DNA of 64,000 nt from an uncultured Candidatus Rokubacteria bacterium (GTDB lineage: Bacteria; Methylomirabilota; Methylomirabilia; Rokubacteriales; DASRDR01). The notes under the pieces were generated by a model. It saw nothing but the letters and a program-made list of their open reading frames with translations, searched no databases and had not been told where the DNA came from. Location of the stretch: positions 64,001 through 128,000 of the forward strand of contig CAWDVE010000011.1 of NCBI GenBank assembly GCA_963805625.1. Reading direction: 5' to 3'. Below are positions 60,395-64,000 of the stretch, in pieces. The position numbers were made by a program, and so were the translations under genes. Each line of letters begins with the position of its first letter. Positions within the stretch are counted from its first letter, which is position 1.

Positions 60395-61093
60395 GTGGCC
60401 CGACGGACTCTCGATCCCGCGCTCTTGGCCGAGCTCGCCTCGGTGGACACGCCCACGATCTGCAACGCCATCGAGGCGTTCAAGCACCGCGACGACAGCG
60501 AAGGCTTCATGGGCGCGCGCGTGCGCTGCCTCACCCCCGAGCTCGGCGTGATGGTCGGCTATGCGGTGACCGCGACCTGCGACAGCATGACGCCGGGCCA
60601 GCCGCGCCGGCGCGAGCCGTTCATGGCGCTCTGGGAGACGCTGGCCGCAGCGCCCAAGCCCGCCGTCCTCGTCTTCCAGGACGTGAGCCCGGCGGCCACC
60701 CACTCGGTGCACCTCGGCGACGTGATGGCGACGATCGGCGCGCGGCTGGGGGCGGTCGGCCTCGTCACCGACGGCGCCGTGCGCGACCTCGAGGGCATCC
60801 GGCCCCTCCGCTTCCACCTCTTCGCGCTCGGCGTGGCGCCGTCCCACGGCACGTTCAACGTTCTCGACGTCGGCGTCCCCGTCGTTGTCGACGGGGTCCG
60901 CATCGCGCCGGGCGACCTCGTGCACGCCGACTCGAACGGCGTCACCACGGTGCCGATCGAGATCGCCGACCGCGTCTACGCGCAGTGCCGGACGGTCCAC
61001 GAGCACGAGCGCTCGCTCCGCGAGTACGTGATCGGCAGGGACTTCAGCCTCGAGGGCCTACGCGAGCGGGTCCTCGGCAAGGCGTCTCACTAG
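60395..61093 (+). CDS. RraA family protein
   Basis: DTPTICNAIE, GDVMA, TDGAVRD, PGDLVHADSNGV. Confidence 0.9.
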   Translation: MARRTLDPALLAELASVDTPTICNAIEAFKHRDDSEGFMGARVRCLTPELGVMVGYAVTATCDSMTPGQPRRREPFMALWETLAAAPKPAVLVFQDVSPAATHSVHLGDVMATIGARLGAVGLVTDGAVRDLEGIRPLRFHLFALGVAPSHGTFNVLDVGVPVVVDGVRIAPGDLVHADSNGVTTVPIEIADRVYAQCRTVHEHERSLREYVIGRDFSLEGLRERVLGKASH

Positions 61094-61887
61094 TGGCCGT
61101 GCGTAGGCTCGAGAGCCAGGTCGCCATCGTCACCGGCGCGGGGAGCGGCATCGGCCGCGCGACGGCCCTCCTGCTCGGAGCCGAGGGCGCCACCGTGGTG
61201 GTCGCGGGCCGCCGACAGGCGCCGCTCGACGCCCTCGTCGCCGAGATCACCCGCGCGGACGGCCGGGCGGACGCCCGGACGACCGACGTCGGTGACCCGG
61301 ACCAGGCGGCCGCGCTCGCGCGGTGGACCGTCGAGCATCACGGGCGCGTCGACATCCTGGTCAACAACGCGGGGTCCAGCAGCCGCATCCGCAACGTCCG
61401 CTGGGTCGGCCGGGAGGAGTGGGAGCGCGTGTTCGCCGTCAACATGACCGGCGTCTACGCGCTCACCCAGGCCGTGCTGCCCGACATGATCGCGCGTGGC
61501 GGCGGGACGATCGTCACCGTCTCGTCCGCCGCCGCCCTCCGGCCCGGACTTCTCGGGGGCGCGCCCTACGGCGCGGCGAAGGCCGCCGTCCGGAACCTCA
61601 TGGGCCACATCCACACGGTGCTCCGCGACAAGGGCATCCGGGCGACGACGATCCTGCCGGCCGAGGTCGACACGCCCATCCTCGAGAACCGGCCGCTGGT
61701 CCCCGACGCGCGCGCCCGCGCCACGATGATGCAGCCCGAGGACGTGGCGGCCGCCATCCTCCTCTGCGTCACGCTGCCGCCGCGCACCGTCGTCGAGGAG
61801 ATCGTGCTGAGCCCGACCGTCGCCCGCGACCTGAGCGCCGATCTCGTCGTGGCGCGCGATCTCGGAGGACCCACGGCCGCGCCCTGA
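61093..61887 (+). CDS. SDR family oxidoreductase
   Basis: TGAGSGIG, NNAG, YGAAK. Confidence 0.92.
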   Translation: MAVRRLESQVAIVTGAGSGIGRATALLLGAEGATVVVAGRRQAPLDALVAEITRADGRADARTTDVGDPDQAAALARWTVEHHGRVDILVNNAGSSSRIRNVRWVGREEWERVFAVNMTGVYALTQAVLPDMIARGGGTIVTVSSAAALRPGLLGGAPYGAAKAAVRNLMGHIHTVLRDKGIRATTILPAEVDTPILENRPLVPDARARATMMQPEDVAAAILLCVTLPPRTVVEEIVLSPTVARDLSADLVVARDLGGPTAAP

Positions 61888-61940
61888 CTGGCCCGGCCGG
61901 CCGTCGACAACGCCCGGATTCCCAGGCAAAGGAGGACCCG

Positions 61941-63293
61941 ATGTCAGACGCCAAGACGACGCCGACCTCTCGGACGCCCTCACGACGCACAATGCTCCGC
62001 CTCGGCGGGACCGCGCTTGCCTCGGCCGCGGCCGGCCCGTTCGTCTTCACGCCCGCGCGCGCCCAGGGCTTCAACTGGAAGCGCTTCCAAGGAAAGGAGC
62101 TCTACCTCCTGCTGTCGAAGCACCCCTGGGTCGACGTCCTCGAGAAGAACATCCCCGAGTTCGAGTCGCTGTCCGGAATGAAGGTCAAGTGGGAGACCCT
62201 GCCCGAGATCCAGGCCCGCCAGAAGATGACGGTCGAGATGACCGGTGGCTCCACCGGGATCGACGCATTCTTCACGTCCCTTCACGTGGAGAAGAAACGG
62301 TTCTGGAAGGCGGGCTGGTACCACCCCCTGAACAAGTTCCTGGACGACCCCACTCTGACGAGCCCCGAGTTCGACTGGAAGGACTTCACCGACGGCGCCC
62401 GGGCCGGCGCGACGCAGGCCGACGGCAGCATTTCCGCGCTTCCGGCCTTCATCGACGCCAACGTGCTCTTCTACCGGAAGGACGTGTTTGCCCAGAAGGG
62501 CCTCACGCCCCCGAAGACGCTCGCCGAGCTCGAGCAGACGGTCGCCAAGCTCCACGCCCCGCCGGGAATGTACGGGATCGTGCTGCGCGGGCTCAAGAAC
62601 GCGAACGCCACCCAGTATCCGAGCGTGTTGTTCCAGATGGGCGGGGCTTACCTCACCCAGGACGGCAAGGCGGCCCTCGATACGAAGGAGGGCGTCGCCG
62701 CCATGGATTACTACACGCGCATCCTGCGTCAGTACGCGCCGCCCGGCGTGGTGAACTTCAACTGGTACGAGGCCTCCTCGGCCTTCTTCCAGGGCCAGGT
62801 GGCGGTCTACATGGACGGGGTCAACTTCGCGAGCCAGTTCGAGGACCCGCAGAAGTCGAAGGTCGTGGGCAAGGTGGGCTACGCCATGCTCCCCTCGGGG
62901 CCCGGCGGCCATTTCTCCCCGATCTACATCACTGGCATGGCCGTCTCGTCGGCGAGCCGCAGCAAGGAGGCCGCCTACCTGTTCGCGCAGTGGGCGACGA
63001 ACAAGCAGAACGCCGTCCGCGAGCTGATGGCCGGCGTGGGCGTGGGGCGCTCGGGTGCCTGGGACAATCCCGAGCTGAAGGCGAAGCCGAAGATGCCCAT
63101 GGACTGGTACCAGGCCTACCAGGCGTCCCTCAAGATCGGGCGGCAGGGCCTGCCTGAGATCGTGGCCGTGACCGAGTACCGGGACATCATCGGGGTCGCC
63201 ATCCAGAAGGCCATCGAGGGGGCACCGGCAGCGCAGGTGTGCGCGCAGGCGCAGAAGGAGTTCCAGGAACTCCTGGCACGAACCGAGGGCTAA
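61941..63293 (+). CDS. Carbohydrate ABC substrate-binding protein with Tat signal (paralog of 58894..60246)
   Basis: AAGGAGG RBS; SRRTML; long identical blocks shared with the upstream SBP. Confidence 0.92.
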   Translation: MSDAKTTPTSRTPSRRTMLRLGGTALASAAAGPFVFTPARAQGFNWKRFQGKELYLLLSKHPWVDVLEKNIPEFESLSGMKVKWETLPEIQARQKMTVEMTGGSTGIDAFFTSLHVEKKRFWKAGWYHPLNKFLDDPTLTSPEFDWKDFTDGARAGATQADGSISALPAFIDANVLFYRKDVFAQKGLTPPKTLAELEQTVAKLHAPPGMYGIVLRGLKNANATQYPSVLFQMGGAYLTQDGKAALDTKEGVAAMDYYTRILRQYAPPGVVNFNWYEASSAFFQGQVAVYMDGVNFASQFEDPQKSKVVGKVGYAMLPSGPGGHFSPIYITGMAVSSASRSKEAAYLFAQWATNKQNAVRELMAGVGVGRSGAWDNPELKAKPKMPMDWYQAYQASLKIGRQGLPEIVAVTEYRDIIGVAIQKAIEGAPAAQVCAQAQKEFQELLARTEG

Positions 63294-63300
63294 CCCGCCT

Positions 63301-64000
63301 GTGACGAGCCCCACCGAAACGACCTCCGGCGCGCGGGCGGTGAGTCCCGCGGTCGGCCGCGCCCGCGCGTCGAGGCGTCTCGGCAACTGGGGCCACCGTA
63401 ACGCGCGCTTTCTGTTCCCCGCCCCGGCCGTCCTCCTGGTGGCCGCAATCATCGTCTACCCGATCGTCTACACGGTGTGGATGAGCCTCCAGGACTGGTT
63501 CGCCTCGAGCCTGACGGCGCCTAAGTTCATCGGCGCCGCCAACTACCAGAAGATCCTCTTCGGCGACCCGCGCTTCCGCGAGGCGGTCGTCCGCACGCTC
63601 TACTTCACGGTGGTGGTCATCGCCGGCGAGACGGTGCTGGGCGTGGCGATGGCGCTCCTCTTCAACCGGGAGTTCTGGGGGCGGGGGCTCCTGCGGACGC
63701 TCGCCATCCTGCCCATGGTGGCCACGCCGGTCGCCATCGGCCTCGTGTTCGTGATGATGTACCACCCGACGCTCGGCGTGGCGAACTATCTGGTAGGCCT
63801 GACCGGCCTGGCGCCGTTCAAGTGGACCTACTCCAGCTCGACCGCGCTCTACGCGATCGCCGTCGTCGACATCTGGCAGTGGACCCCGCTCATCATGCTG
63901 ATCGCGCTGGCCGGTCTCGCGAGCCTGCCCCGGGAGCCCTACGAGGCGGCGCACATCGACGGCGCCACGGCGCTGCAGGCCTTCTGGCACATCACGCTGC
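63301..64000 (+). CDS. Carbohydrate ABC permease, 3'-truncated by window edge
   Basis: YPIVYTVWMS, ILPMVATPVA, DIWQWTP, EPYEAAHIDGA (EAA loop). Confidence 0.92.
   Translation, partial: MTSPTETTSGARAVSPAVGRARASRRLGNWGHRNARFLFPAPAVLLVAAIIVYPIVYTVWMSLQDWFASSLTAPKFIGAANYQKILFGDPRFREAVVRTLYFTVVVIAGETVLGVAMALLFNREFWGRGLLRTLAILPMVATPVAIGLVFVMMYHPTLGVANYLVGLTGLAPFKWTYSSSTALYAIAVVDIWQWTPLIMLIALAGLASLPREPYEAAHIDGATALQAFWHITL

Overview
High-GC (visually about 70%) bacterial chromosomal segment from a diderm. The futalosine-type menaquinone genes, GTP-dependent PEP carboxykinase, sigma-54 promoters and many RraA/SDR/LLM/NitT-TauT paralogs would fit Candidatus Rokubacteria (Methylomirabilota); that placement is inference only. 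About 60 mostly metabolic or transport genes are present, with no rRNA, tRNA, CRISPR array or intact transposase. Several genes carry single-base frameshifts, most densely the formate dehydrogenase alpha subunit; these may be long-read consensus errors. Highlights: (1) a protein-disulfide oxidoreductase with an in-frame UGA in a U-P-H-C motif (selenoprotein), translationally coupled to a tiny single-TM ORF whose own UGA is followed by a SECIS-like hairpin and an open frame, a candidate new mini-selenoprotein. (2) An uncharacterised ~530-aa adenylate-forming (PaaK/ANL-like) protein family is present four times: one near-intact copy and three decayed remnants. The intact copy sits in a mirror-image enzyme + NitT/TauT binding-protein locus whose opposite-strand copy has collapsed by internal deletions. 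(3) An NAD-linked formate dehydrogenase locus is split by a GH10 xylanase, a solitary outer-membrane barrel and an HTH antitoxin relic. (4) Two consensus sigma-54 promoters, one ahead of two tiny unknown proteins. (5) A perfect 25-bp GGGGTCAG-type inverted repeat.
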